This document shows positions 8,086 through 17,656 of a stretch of 64,000 nucleotides of DNA, piece after piece. The notes beneath the pieces are model-generated. The model ran no database searches, was not told the origin of the DNA, and was given only the letters and a program-made list of their open reading frames with translations. The first letter of the stretch is position 1, and the number at the start of each line of letters is the position of its first letter. The position numbers and the translations under genes were made by a program. The stretch covers positions 50,402-114,401 of the forward strand of contig CAXGWI010000001.1 of assembly GCA_964013405.1 (NCBI GenBank), written 5' to 3'. This DNA comes from an uncultured Myxococcales bacterium (GTDB lineage: Bacteria; Myxococcota; UBA4151).

Positions 8086-9884
8086 TGTTCGCCGGCGAGA
8101 CATTTGGCGAGTACCGAATCATGGGCAAGTTGGCCAATGGTGGCATGGCATCGGTCTACCTCGCCAGGCACCTGGCCGACGCGACGGCGACGCCGGTCGC
8201 CCTGAAGGTGATGCTTCCGCACCTCCTTGCGAATCCCGACTACCGAGAAATGTTTACGCGGGAAGAGGCAATGGGTCGCCTCCTGACCCATCCCAACGTG
8301 GTCCGCGTGATCGAGCGGGTTGAGTCGGCCGATGGGCAAGCTCTTGCGATGGAATTTCTCGATGGACGCAATTTAATCCAAATCGTTAGTGCGGCGAGGC
8401 GTCGGTCTCAGGCCATTTCTTTCCCCGTCGTCGCCCGAGTCATCGCTGCCGTGTCAAGGGCCTTGGAGCGCGGCTGGACGGCTGTTGACGCCGAAGGACA
8501 ACCCATTCGAGTCATTCACCGGGACGTCAGTCCGGAAAATGTCCTGCTTACCTACGACGGGCAGGTCAAACTGATCGATTTCGGGATTGCAAAACAGACC
8601 CATCGCCCAAGCAACACCCGGGCGGGCCAACTCAAAGGCAAATACAGCTACATGAGTCCAGAGCAGGTCCGGGGCGAGACGCTAGACCACCGTAGTGATC
8701 AGTTCAGCTTGAGCGTCCTACATTACATTCTCCTCACCGGAAGAAAGCCATTTGTCGCCCCCAACGAGGTTGAACTCCTCAAGCTGATTCTTTCAGAAGA
8801 CCCGGTACCACCAAGCCGCATCGATCCCACAGTCCCCGGTGTACTCGAAGAGGTCGCCCTGCGCGGACTCCGAAAGGCGCCGGCTGCCCGTTTCCCCAGT
8901 CATGGCTCCGTCGCCGACGTCCTCGAAGATCGCTACCTGAGCAAATATCCAGCCAAAGAAGCTGATATCGCCCGGCTCATGGAGAGCCTCTTTCCCGCAG
9001 GGAAGGACGCAGTACGACTACGAATCCAGCGCTTGATCGATGCTGAGCAAGAGGCGACGGTCACCGGAATCCGCCCGCCCGTGCCCCCCTTGGAACAGGT
9101 CGAGGACGAATTACTCGAAGACAGTGCCACGATTCTCGAGGGGGCGATTCCGGACCAGCCTACCGCCAACTGGCGGACCAGTTCCAGTTCGGCTCCGCTG
9201 GCCCAAGACCAGACCGAAATCTCGGTCCCCGAAGAGCAGGCGACCGTGCTCACACCCGCTGCTGTTGATGTGATCCCGCCACCGCGACGGCCGGCCACCC
9301 ATCACCGGGGTTCTCATCATGTCACCGGCTCCCACTACAACCTCAGCCCCTCTTCATTCTCGCCGGCCACCGCGGGCCTGGCCCTCTTAGCGGTCGCCGC
9401 ACTGCTCGCACTCTACTTCTCGTTCTCCGAAGATCGCAGTGAGGTGGCGACGGTGCAGAGTGGCCAAGGTACGCTCATCGTTCGGGCCTCCACCGGACAG
9501 GCCGAGGTCCGAATCAACGCGGAGCTCATCGGCTCGACCCCAATTGAAAAGCAACTGCGAGCGGGACGAGTCAGTGTCCTCTGTAGTTTTCGATCCCGAG
9601 AGGTCGTTCTGAAGAAACGAGTCGACGTCATGGCCGGACAACGAACTGAGACGCTCTGCCAGCTCGGCCACGCTGATTTAGAGGTCAATGGGCCAAAAGG
9701 CTGGCAGGTTCAGGTCGATGACAAACCCCTCCAGTCCCCACCCGTGCGCCTTTCCAAACTTCTCGAGGGAAGCCACCGGATCGAGTGGGTCCGGCAGACC
9801 GATGGTCACAAGGAGGTACGCCGCTTACGACTGCAAAGGGGCGAGCGAAAAGTCGTTGATGGCTTTGAGGGCTTAGATCGATGA
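8085..9884 (+). CDS. Hanks-type Ser/Thr protein kinase with a C-terminal TM helix and an extracytoplasmic domain
   Basis: Kinase motifs present are GKLANGGMASVY…ALKV, HRDVSPENVLL, DFGIAK and SYMSPEQ. The start is taken as the MFAGETFGEYRI Met at 8085 (TGATG overlap with the lptG stop) rather than the track start at 8016. A TM segment lies near LALLAVAALLALYF. Confidence 0.85.
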   Translation: MFAGETFGEYRIMGKLANGGMASVYLARHLADATATPVALKVMLPHLLANPDYREMFTREEAMGRLLTHPNVVRVIERVESADGQALAMEFLDGRNLIQIVSAARRRSQAISFPVVARVIAAVSRALERGWTAVDAEGQPIRVIHRDVSPENVLLTYDGQVKLIDFGIAKQTHRPSNTRAGQLKGKYSYMSPEQVRGETLDHRSDQFSLSVLHYILLTGRKPFVAPNEVELLKLILSEDPVPPSRIDPTVPGVLEEVALRGLRKAPAARFPSHGSVADVLEDRYLSKYPAKEADIARLMESLFPAGKDAVRLRIQRLIDAEQEATVTGIRPPVPPLEQVEDELLEDSATILEGAIPDQPTANWRTSSSSAPLAQDQTEISVPEEQATVLTPAAVDVIPPPRRPATHHRGSHHVTGSHYNLSPSSFSPATAGLALLAVAALLALYFSFSEDRSEVATVQSGQGTLIVRASTGQAEVRINAELIGSTPIEKQLRAGRVSVLCSFRSREVVLKKRVDVMAGQRTETLCQLGHADLEVNGPKGWQVQVDDKPLQSPPVRLSKLLEGSHRIEWVRQTDGHKEVRRLRLQRGERKVVDGFEGLDR

Positions 9885-10903
9885 AATCACCGGTTGTGCT
9901 GGGTATTGAGACGAGTTGTGACGAAACCGCTGTCGCACTCTACAGGCGGGGCGAAGTCTTGGCTGAATCGGTCCACTCCCAAGTGGATATTCACCGTTAT
10001 TATGGCGGGGTGGTCCCCGAACTCGCGAGCCGAGATCATGCTGGATACCTCCGCGCTGTTGCAGCCGAAGTCCTCCAGGGCTGGGAGGGTTCGATCGATC
10101 TCGTGTGCGCCACCCGAGGCCCCGGACTGATCGGTGGCCTTCTCGTGGGGCTGACCTGGGCCCGAGCCTATGCATTTGGTCAAGGCTTGCCCTTTGTGGG
10201 GGTACACCATCTCGCTGGACATCTTGCAGCACCACTGGTCGACCCAGAATTCACGCTGGAGCCACCGGCCATTGCACTGGTTGCCAGTGGCGGGCACACG
10301 CTCCTGTATGACCTGACGGCCTGGGGTGAAGTGCGGGTACTCGGGGGGACTCGAGATGATGCGGCCGGTGAGTGTTTTGATAAGGCCGCACGCATGCTCA
10401 ATCTAGGCTACCCGGGCGGCCCAGCGATTCAGAGCGCAGCGGCGAAGCACGAGGGGCCGGCCGTCAAGCTGCCTCGACCCATGCTGAAGCGGGGGCTCGA
10501 AATGAGCTTCAGCGGCCTGAAGACTGCCTTGCTTACAGAAGTTCAGTCTCGGCCCCAGCCCTTAGACGAGTCCACGGTCAATGAGCTCGCCTATGCGGTC
10601 CAGGACGCCATCGTCGATGTGCTCCTCACCAAACTCCGGAAAGCATTGGAAGTCACGGGAAGAAAGCGCGTGCTGATCGGTGGTGGTGTTGCTGCAAACC
10701 AACCGCTTCGAGATGGCGTCGCCGCCCTCGAGAACGACGGTTTTGAGGTCTACATTCCGGCCCGGAAGTACTGCACAGACAACGCGGCAATGATCGCAGC
10801 GGCTGGCTTGATTCAGTTCGAACGTACGGGACCAGACCCGCTGAATGCGCCTGCTCAAGCCCGCTGGGACCTGCAGGATTTTTGGCCCCTAACACCGTCG
10901 TAG
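9881..10903 (+). CDS. tsaD: tRNA N6-adenosine threonylcarbamoyltransferase TsaD (Kae1/YgjD)
   Basis: MKSPVVLGIETSCDETAVAL…ASRDHAGY…GGGVAANQ are the hallmark TsaD motifs. An ATGA overlap couples it to the kinase gene. Confidence 0.95.
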   Translation: MKSPVVLGIETSCDETAVALYRRGEVLAESVHSQVDIHRYYGGVVPELASRDHAGYLRAVAAEVLQGWEGSIDLVCATRGPGLIGGLLVGLTWARAYAFGQGLPFVGVHHLAGHLAAPLVDPEFTLEPPAIALVASGGHTLLYDLTAWGEVRVLGGTRDDAAGECFDKAARMLNLGYPGGPAIQSAAAKHEGPAVKLPRPMLKRGLEMSFSGLKTALLTEVQSRPQPLDESTVNELAYAVQDAIVDVLLTKLRKALEVTGRKRVLIGGGVAANQPLRDGVAALENDGFEVYIPARKYCTDNAAMIAAAGLIQFERTGPDPLNAPAQARWDLQDFWPLTPS

Positions 10904-10904
10904 T

Positions 10905-13031
10905 TTATTGCAGTTGGTCAAGCCAGTCATCGAGGGTTGGGTCGGGCCGGTTGCCCAACAACCTTTTGGCGACGCCAAGGTGTTTTAAAGCACGCTTTCG
11001 AGCCTTCTGATCATTGTTCTTAAAGGCCTTGAGTTCAAGGTAACCGAGGGCCTTATAGGCGGGAATGAGTTTACCATTGGCCTGAATCGCGCGGCTGTAA
11101 GCTTTCTTCGCCGCCGGCGTATCACCGCCCGTTTCAAGGGCTTCACCCAGTTCATAGTAGGCTAAGGCTTTGTTCTTTTTGCTCGCGCGCATTTTCAGGG
11201 CACGGCGGTAGTTTTTCTCGGCCGCATCGAGATCACCTTGATCTCTTGCCTCCCGAGCCTTGGTCATCGATTTTGCAAAGGGGCCCGTCCCGACACGGCG
11301 CTTCTTGCGCTTCTTGGGCCGCAATCTCCGCTTAGTTTTTACCCCGGCCTTCCGCTTCTTGGCATCGCCCTCCAGTTCCGGACGCTGCAAGGGTTCGAGG
11401 GGGGGGAGTGGCTCCGGGCTGGAGAAGGTGCGGATGATCGGCGCCAACAGGCCGCCCTTCTCACCTTTGATCCGTCGGTTCCGGATAAAAATGGCGGTGA
11501 CCAACAGGCCGAAGAGCGCAACTGCTGCAGCGATCCACCGCCAATCCCAACGCTTCTCAGACGCGACCTCCCGTTCCGAGGTCATCGCCTCTTCGTCGGC
11601 CAAAATCTCATCGCTCGTGCGTAGGCGAGCGAGGCCCTTACGTTCGACCGGCGGGGCTGGTGGCAGTTCCTCAGTGAGCGGCGCCATGTCCCGGGTTTCA
11701 AGAAATTCTGGCACGTCATCGACGCGATCGAAAACCGGTGGGAGTTCATCGATTGCTTCATCATCCGCCTCGATCGGCGGTGGGAGCCCCGACTCCACGA
11801 GATCCCGTTCATCAACGGCCCACGCTCCACTCTCGCCATCAAACCCGGCGGACTCGTCGTCGACCGCTGGCGGCAAACTGAAGAGGAGGGAATCCTCGCT
11901 TGAGTCGCTGAGCAAGGGCTCGATCGGGTCGGTTAAGGCATCGGCATCGTCGTCTTGTAACTCCGGTAGCGACTCCCAGTCTCCCTGACCCGCGCTCTCA
12001 GGCACCTGGGCCATCGCCAAGGACCAGGCCAGATCGGACTCCACCTCCTCCACTTCAGGTTCGGCCGGCGTTGCGAGGACCTCATCCTCGTCCATTTGCG
12101 GTGGCAAGGCAGCTTCGTCGGCAACCGGCGGAATGTCTTCAGCCTCTGGCTCGGGCTGAGCGATGATCAAGATGCCATCTTCAAGCAAGCTGAGAGAGCC
12201 CTCGAGGGCCCGGCGGCCACCGATCAAACGCACCCCTTCAAGGTCTCGCTGACCATCGATCAACCGGAGGATCCAACTGACCTGGTCGCTGAGTAGAGAG
12301 AGACGACTCAAAAGGCGCTCTGGCGCCACATCCAGCGGACCCTTGGGGGCGCCATCGAGCAACTGGGCGACATGCAGTTCGATCGTTTCCGCCTCGGCCA
12401 CCCAAGACTTTAGGTTTTTGCCCTGCCCGGCCTCCGGGTTCTTTCGGGGCTCCAAGTAGGATTCCCCCTGGTCCAGCGCGAGCAGGACAGCAAAGGCCTC
12501 CGGTCCTGTGAGCCCGCTGAGGCGAGTCTGCACCAATCGACCACCTCGCAGATGGATTTCTCCCCGTCCCAGGGGCGCCTCAACCATGTAGATTCCCGTG
12601 GACTCAAGGCGACCTGCAAGCTTCAGGCGCTCCTTGAGTGTTTCTCGGGCGTTGGGCTCCCGCCGACACAACTGCTCCTCGAACCAATCTCGGATCCGCT
12701 CACCCAGTTGAACCGCCGCCGCCGGAAACTGGATCGGGCGTACCAGCACTTTGGCCCCATCAGGGATCTCCTCGCTGACCCCGGGGTCTTGTAGAAAGAC
12801 TGGCGCAACCTCCGCGGCGATGAGCGATTGCGTAGCCCGGTCGCGGTCCTCCAGCGTCCAGCCGGGAATCATCCCTGTGACCAGGACCGCATCCACTCGG
12901 GGGCGCTGTAGAAAAAGTGCCGCTTCATCGGCGTTGTGGATCACTTGGATGTGAAAGCCGGCCTGACGTAACGCCGACTCGACGATACTCCGCTCCAAAT
13001 CGGAGGGCCCGAAGATCGCCAGCGACCACAT
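10905..13031 (-). CDS. pseudo-receiver / DUF4388 / acidic linker / TM / C-terminal TPR protein
   Basis: The N-terminus is receiver-like but lacks the canonical phospho-Asp (VDAVLVTGMIP). A DUF4388-like segment reads GIYMVEAPLGRGEIHLRGGRLVQ. A long D/E-rich low-complexity region follows, then one TM helix (WIAAAVALFGLLVTAIFI) and TPR-like repeats at the C-terminus. Confidence 0.6.
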   Translation of the reverse strand: MWSLAIFGPSDLERSIVESALRQAGFHIQVIHNADEAALFLQRPRVDAVLVTGMIPGWTLEDRDRATQSLIAAEVAPVFLQDPGVSEEIPDGAKVLVRPIQFPAAAVQLGERIRDWFEEQLCRREPNARETLKERLKLAGRLESTGIYMVEAPLGRGEIHLRGGRLVQTRLSGLTGPEAFAVLLALDQGESYLEPRKNPEAGQGKNLKSWVAEAETIELHVAQLLDGAPKGPLDVAPERLLSRLSLLSDQVSWILRLIDGQRDLEGVRLIGGRRALEGSLSLLEDGILIIAQPEPEAEDIPPVADEAALPPQMDEDEVLATPAEPEVEEVESDLAWSLAMAQVPESAGQGDWESLPELQDDDADALTDPIEPLLSDSSEDSLLFSLPPAVDDESAGFDGESGAWAVDERDLVESGLPPPIEADDEAIDELPPVFDRVDDVPEFLETRDMAPLTEELPPAPPVERKGLARLRTSDEILADEEAMTSEREVASEKRWDWRWIAAAVALFGLLVTAIFIRNRRIKGEKGGLLAPIIRTFSSPEPLPPLEPLQRPELEGDAKKRKAGVKTKRRLRPKKRKKRRVGTGPFAKSMTKAREARDQGDLDAAEKNYRRALKMRASKKNKALAYYELGEALETGGDTPAAKKAYSRAIQANGKLIPAYKALGYLELKAFKNNDQKARKRALKHLGVAKRLLGNRPDPTLDDWLDQLQ

Positions 13032-13175
13032 CGATCGTCCCCTTTACGCAATGCGCCCTTATGCGCGTGCGGGGAAAACATAAGCGCAGCAAGCGGCGAG
13101 CAAAAAGAAAAATGCCCAGCGGGTTGCAATACAGCGGTCACCTAGCTAGGCGGACAGCGCGGAAAGACTCCGCTG
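13032..13175. promoter_or_regulatory. divergent intergenic region upstream of the DUF4388 protein (minus) and gdhA (plus)
   Basis: A 144-bp non-coding gap between divergent starts. It contains a locally A-rich stretch (aaaaagaaaaatg). Confidence 0.3.
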
Positions 13176-14444
13176 TTGGAGGCGCTCATGGAGTGGGACA
13201 GCAAACTCTTCTTGGTCACTCGGAACTTGGTGCATCGAACGGCTGCCCGCCTGGATATGGACCCAAACGCCGCCCACCGACTCCTGCAGCCGGATCGGGC
13301 GCTGATCGTCTCGGTGCCGGTCCGGCGAGACGATGGAACTGTCGAGACGTACACCGGTTACCGCGTCCAGCACAACGACACCCGGGGCCCCTTTAAAGGC
13401 GGGCTTCGCTACCACCCAGATGTCGATCTCGGTGAGGTGACTGCCCTGGCGACTTTGATGACCTTTAAGTGTGCTGTCGTTGGCGTCCCCCTCGGCGGCG
13501 CAAAAGGAGGAATCGCTTGTGACCCGAACAAATTCAGTCGGGCTGAATTGCAGCGACTGACAAGGCGGTTCACAACCGAGATCATCAACTTCATCGGACC
13601 CGATGTTGATATCCCTGCCCCGGATATGGGCACCAGTCCCCAGGTCATGGCTTGGATCATGGATACCTACAGTCAGATGAAGGGCCATACCTGCAATGGT
13701 GTGGTGACGGGCAAACCCATCGAATTGGGTGGGAGTCAGGGGCGACTTCAGGCGACCGGCCGCGGCCTGGTATACTGCGTCGTCGCCGCGGCAAAGCACT
13801 TGGGGATCGATCTGAAGGAATGCACGGCAAGTATTCAAGGCTACGGCAATGTGGGGCACTGGGCGGGCCGTGAGTTAGAGCGAAACGGCGTCAAGATTCT
13901 CGCACTGAGCGACATGACAGGGGCCATCTACAACCCCAACGGACTCGATCTCAAAGAGACACGAAAGTACGTCCTTAAGCACGGTGGTCTTGCAGGCTAT
14001 CCCAAGGCGGAGCCGATCGATCCCGATGAAATCCTCACCCTCAAAGCGGATATTGTCGTGCCGGCAGCCATCGGTAGTGTGATCGACGCTGAGGTCGCCA
14101 ACAAACTCCAGTGCAGAATTCTGGCCGAGGGGGCCAATGGCCCGGTGACGACAGAGGGCAACGAGGTCCTCCTCAAACGACAAGATGAGATTTTTGTGAT
14201 CCCCGACATTCTCGCCAATGCCGGTGGCGTCACGGTCAGCTACTTCGAATGGGTGCAGGGAACGCAAAACTTTTTCTGGAGCGCCAAAGAGGTCAATGAC
14301 CGACTACGGCAGATCATGCAGAAGGCCTTTAAGGAAATCCTGCAGACCCACTTAAATGAAGATATGGACATGCGTACGGCCTCGATGGCCGTCGGGATGA
14401 GAAAAGTCACCGATACGATGAAACTCCGAGGGCTCTTCCCCTAA
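13176..14444 (+). CDS. gdhA: NAD(P)-dependent glutamate dehydrogenase (Glu/Leu/Phe/Val dehydrogenase family)
   Basis: GdhA signatures are GGLRYHP, VPLGGAKGG and GYGNVG…. The protein is 422 aa. Confidence 0.9.
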   Translation: MEALMEWDSKLFLVTRNLVHRTAARLDMDPNAAHRLLQPDRALIVSVPVRRDDGTVETYTGYRVQHNDTRGPFKGGLRYHPDVDLGEVTALATLMTFKCAVVGVPLGGAKGGIACDPNKFSRAELQRLTRRFTTEIINFIGPDVDIPAPDMGTSPQVMAWIMDTYSQMKGHTCNGVVTGKPIELGGSQGRLQATGRGLVYCVVAAAKHLGIDLKECTASIQGYGNVGHWAGRELERNGVKILALSDMTGAIYNPNGLDLKETRKYVLKHGGLAGYPKAEPIDPDEILTLKADIVVPAAIGSVIDAEVANKLQCRILAEGANGPVTTEGNEVLLKRQDEIFVIPDILANAGGVTVSYFEWVQGTQNFFWSAKEVNDRLRQIMQKAFKEILQTHLNEDMDMRTASMAVGMRKVTDTMKLRGLFP

Positions 14445-15673
14445 GGCTTGATTTCTTTGCGGGCCGGCACAACCAATCCAATCGCCGCCCAAAGCAAGCC
14501 CCCTAATGGGAACCTCCATAAAGGACGAACACCCATGTTCGCGGCCAAAAAGTGACGGAATAATTGGGGGCTTCGACTCAATGCGCGAATGGCGAGGCGT
14601 CGTAAAAAGGGCCAGCGCGCCAAAATCAGCGCCGCCCTCAAAGTGGGCAACGTGCTGTGAAAGGTTTCGATGAGCCCTTGCCGTATGGGCTGAAGGGCCT
14701 GCTGGTCGAGTTCACCACAAGTGATGCGCTGGGGAAGCTCATCAGCGAGAAGCATGGCCTGATCAAAGCTCACTGAAAGTCCTTCGCCGGTGATCCCATC
14801 GCCGTAGCCGAGACTATCCCCAATCAAGAGGACCCGGTCTGGCCAAGGCCCAAGGGCTTGCCAAGCTAAGGGCCCCGTCCCTTGAAACCGTGAGTCGGAC
14901 TCCTTGCCATCCAATCGGCGAGCAAGGCCCGGAAACCGACTCATCAGGGCTTTGAATGGCTCCGGTGACTGAAGTTCCGCCGGCTCATTCGTTTGATCCC
15001 AAAGTAAAGCGATCTCTACACGCCCATCCCCCGATGGCGTGACATAAGCCTCCATCCCCTTCGACCACCAAACTTCCACATCATCGCTCCAACGCGAACA
15101 GCGGAAGTGCTGCCGGGCACCAAAACGCCGACGCTTAAAGGGTCGACCTGGTCGTAAGCTGAGTTGCTCCAGTAATCCTGTGTTTCGACCGGCGGCAAAC
15201 ACGCAGACTTCACCCTCATGGGCCCCTGCCCGGCTCACGACACGTACACCTTCAGCCTGAATCGTAATTGTTTTCACCCGGGCATGGTCGGTCAGTACAA
15301 CGCCGAGTTCACGCGCTCTCTCGTGCAGTGCGCGGCTAAGGGCCTGGCGGCGAACACCCATCCCGAGTCCGGCAGGGAATACCCCTCTTGCGGTCCGGCC
15401 ATCATCATCCCAGTAGCGAATCCCTTCGAAGGGCGAACAGTCCTCAGGGCCCAAATAGTCAGTGACCCCAAGAGATTCCAGACAGGCCCAGCCGGTGGGC
15501 ATGATGCCCTCGCCGCAAACCCGGTCACGGGGCCAGGTTTTTCCCTCTAAGACCTCGACCGTTAGCCCCTTAAGACGCAAGGCGATCGCTGCGGCCAAAC
15601 CAGCGGGCCCCCCTCCAATCACGAGCACCTGGATCGATGACCCCATGCTCAGGACGCTGCCCGTGGGAGCCAC
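14441..15673 (-). CDS. FAD-dependent oxidoreductase, probably a hydroxylase (geranylgeranyl-reductase-like family); last gene of the type III PKS cluster
   Basis: A Rossmann motif VLVIGGGPAGLAAA is present. The alternative start MGSS is at 15646. Position and family resemble the flavoprotein hydroxylase of srs/ftp-type clusters. Confidence 0.75.
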   Translation of the reverse strand: MAPTGSVLSMGSSIQVLVIGGGPAGLAAAIALRLKGLTVEVLEGKTWPRDRVCGEGIMPTGWACLESLGVTDYLGPEDCSPFEGIRYWDDDGRTARGVFPAGLGMGVRRQALSRALHERARELGVVLTDHARVKTITIQAEGVRVVSRAGAHEGEVCVFAAGRNTGLLEQLSLRPGRPFKRRRFGARQHFRCSRWSDDVEVWWSKGMEAYVTPSGDGRVEIALLWDQTNEPAELQSPEPFKALMSRFPGLARRLDGKESDSRFQGTGPLAWQALGPWPDRVLLIGDSLGYGDGITGEGLSVSFDQAMLLADELPQRITCGELDQQALQPIRQGLIETFHSTLPTLRAALILARWPFLRRLAIRALSRSPQLFRHFLAANMGVRPLWRFPLGGLLWAAIGLVVPARKEIKP

Positions 15674-17382
15674 CGTGCCATCCAGCCCTTGGCGAATTCC
15701 GTCGCAATACCCAATGCCGTCATCTTCTTTGGAGGCAGTAAGAGCCCCTGCAGTAACCGACGGCGAGCTTCACTGCGACGGATCTTCCCCGACGACGTCC
15801 GGGGCAAGGTACCGGGTGCCAATATCAGCACACCCGCTACCGTCAGTCCGGAATGCTCCTGAACGGCTTCTCGACAGATCTGAATGAGTCCTTCGTCCTC
15901 GCTATTGTGTGACTCGGCGAGCAAATAAAGTGCTTCAGTATCGCCGGTTTCGACGGGCAAAGAGACTGCTGCCCAACAGCCAGTCCGGAGCCCTTCCACC
16001 CCATCCAGGCCTTGTTCGATAACGCTGGGATCGTAATTCCGCCCCCGCAAGATAATCACGTCCTTCGCCCGCCCACACAAAAAGAGGTCACCCGCCAACA
16101 CAAAGCCACGATCCCCTGTATCGAGCCAGTCATCCTGCAAGACGGCAGTGGTCTCCTCAGGCTGATCCAAGTAGCCAGCCATCACGCCATCCCCCCGAAC
16201 CCAGACCTGGCCCACCTGAGCTTCGGGCACACATGCGCCGGAAGGGTCACGAATCTCGACCTCAGTCCCAGCAAGAGGACGCCCCAGTGAACTCAGCGGC
16301 AGCCCTTCCTCGGCCAACTGAGCCTGACCGTCTTCTTCCAGGCTGGCCGGATCCACATGAATGATTCGTCGCTCCACTTCGATCGGGGCGAAAGTCACAC
16401 CTAGCGTCGCTTCGGCCAATCCGTAAACGGGGGTCAGGGCGCTCGACTGGAAACCCACCGGGCCAAATCGAGCACAGAATCGGTCCAGGGTTTTTGGATG
16501 AACCGGCTCGGCACCACAAAGGGCCACCGTCCAAGAGCTCAAATCCAAGCCCTCTAAGTCTTCGTCGCCAATCCGCTCAGCACAGAGACCGAACGCAAAA
16601 TTCGGCGCCACCGAGATGGTCGCCCGAGACTCAGTCAGGGCTTCGAGCCAACCGACCGGACGGGCGATAAACCGCTCTGGATTGATTAAGGTCAGCGGCC
16701 CTTTTGCCATAATGGCGGTGAGCAGGCAGCCGATCAAACCCATATCATGATAGAGCGGCAACCAACTGACCCCAGAGTGGTTTGAGGGGTCGCCCGGAAA
16801 GGTTGACATGATGGCTTGGCAGTTTCGGATCATGTTGTTGTGGGTCAGTGCAACCGGCTTAGGGCGCCCCGTCGACCCTGAACTAAATTGAACTGCGGCA
16901 AGAACTTCAGGGCCCTCACTACACCGGTAAACCTCCTCGGATCTCCGGCACCAATCAACGGTTTGGACACCGTGGGGGACACCGGCGCGCTGACCCGGAA
17001 CACTCACCAATGGAAGCAAGCGGCGATCGGACAAGACGATCTGAACCCGAGCTTCCCGCATCATCTGCGCCGTCCGCTCCTTCCATTCGTCAATGCGTCC
17101 AAGACGAACTGGCGGGTACATAGCGCAGGGCACCGCACCGGCTAGAACAGCGCCGAAGAACCCGTGATAAAAGTCGGGCCCAGTGGGCAATACCAGGCCA
17201 ACTCGATCCCCAGGCTGAAGCCCTAAAGAGACCAGTGTTCCCGCCACGCGAGCAGCCTGAGTGGCTAGCTCGCCATAGGTGAACTTCTGGTGACGCCCGA
17301 GTCCCGACCAGAAGGTGACCCCGAGACCCTCGTGCTCAGCTGCTTTCAAAAACGCAGCACCAAGGGTGTGATCTATCGTCAT
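15649..17382 (-). CDS. fatty-acyl-AMP ligase (FAAL; AMP-dependent synthetase/ligase)
   Basis: The AMP-binding signature FSSGSTGRPKPV is present, with a FAAL-type insertion region and a C-terminal SSGKIRR. A GGGAGG Shine-Dalgarno lies upstream of the ATG at 17382. Confidence 0.85.
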   Translation of the reverse strand: MTIDHTLGAAFLKAAEHEGLGVTFWSGLGRHQKFTYGELATQAARVAGTLVSLGLQPGDRVGLVLPTGPDFYHGFFGAVLAGAVPCAMYPPVRLGRIDEWKERTAQMMREARVQIVLSDRRLLPLVSVPGQRAGVPHGVQTVDWCRRSEEVYRCSEGPEVLAAVQFSSGSTGRPKPVALTHNNMIRNCQAIMSTFPGDPSNHSGVSWLPLYHDMGLIGCLLTAIMAKGPLTLINPERFIARPVGWLEALTESRATISVAPNFAFGLCAERIGDEDLEGLDLSSWTVALCGAEPVHPKTLDRFCARFGPVGFQSSALTPVYGLAEATLGVTFAPIEVERRIIHVDPASLEEDGQAQLAEEGLPLSSLGRPLAGTEVEIRDPSGACVPEAQVGQVWVRGDGVMAGYLDQPEETTAVLQDDWLDTGDRGFVLAGDLFLCGRAKDVIILRGRNYDPSVIEQGLDGVEGLRTGCWAAVSLPVETGDTEALYLLAESHNSEDEGLIQICREAVQEHSGLTVAGVLILAPGTLPRTSSGKIRRSEARRRLLQGLLLPPKKMTALGIATEFAKGWMARWLPRAAS

Positions 17383-17656
17383 AGAGCCTCCCTCAGATTC
17401 AGGTCACCAAGGACGGGATCATCACTTTGCCCATCGACCGCAACAACTCTTGCAGGCTCCATTAAGCCAACCCACTCCGTATCCACAGAAGAAAGTAATC
17501 AATATGGTCGTTATTGTCACCAAAATTCGACCAAATCGAACACTTGTTCATTTGAGACCCAAAGAGCAACGAGCACGTCGGATGGACGACGACTGGCTGG
17601 GTTTCCGCAGGTCGCTCACCCACGTCCGCTCGCCCTAGAATGAGTGCTCATGCTTC
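17383..17656. promoter_or_regulatory. AT-rich roughly 275-bp intergenic island inside the PKS cluster; probable internal promoter or regulatory leader for the FAAL-oxidoreductase genes
   Basis: It is locally low in GC (…gaagaaagtaatcaatatggtcgttattgtcaccaaaattcgaccaaatcgaac…) in an otherwise roughly 65% GC context. It lies between the ACP stop and the FAAL start. Confidence 0.35.

Noticed and set aside
11260-11988. 242-aa Ser/Arg-rich plus-strand ORF
   Set aside because: An antisense shadow of the acidic low-complexity region of the DUF4388 gene.
13146-13859. 237-aa minus-strand ORF
   Set aside because: It lies entirely inside gdhA on the opposite strand. A high-GC shadow frame.
17450-17638. 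62-aa ORF inside the AT-rich island of the PKS cluster
   Set aside because: No RBS and a biased K/R-rich product. The region is more plausibly a promoter/leader. It is kept as a regulatory feature instead.
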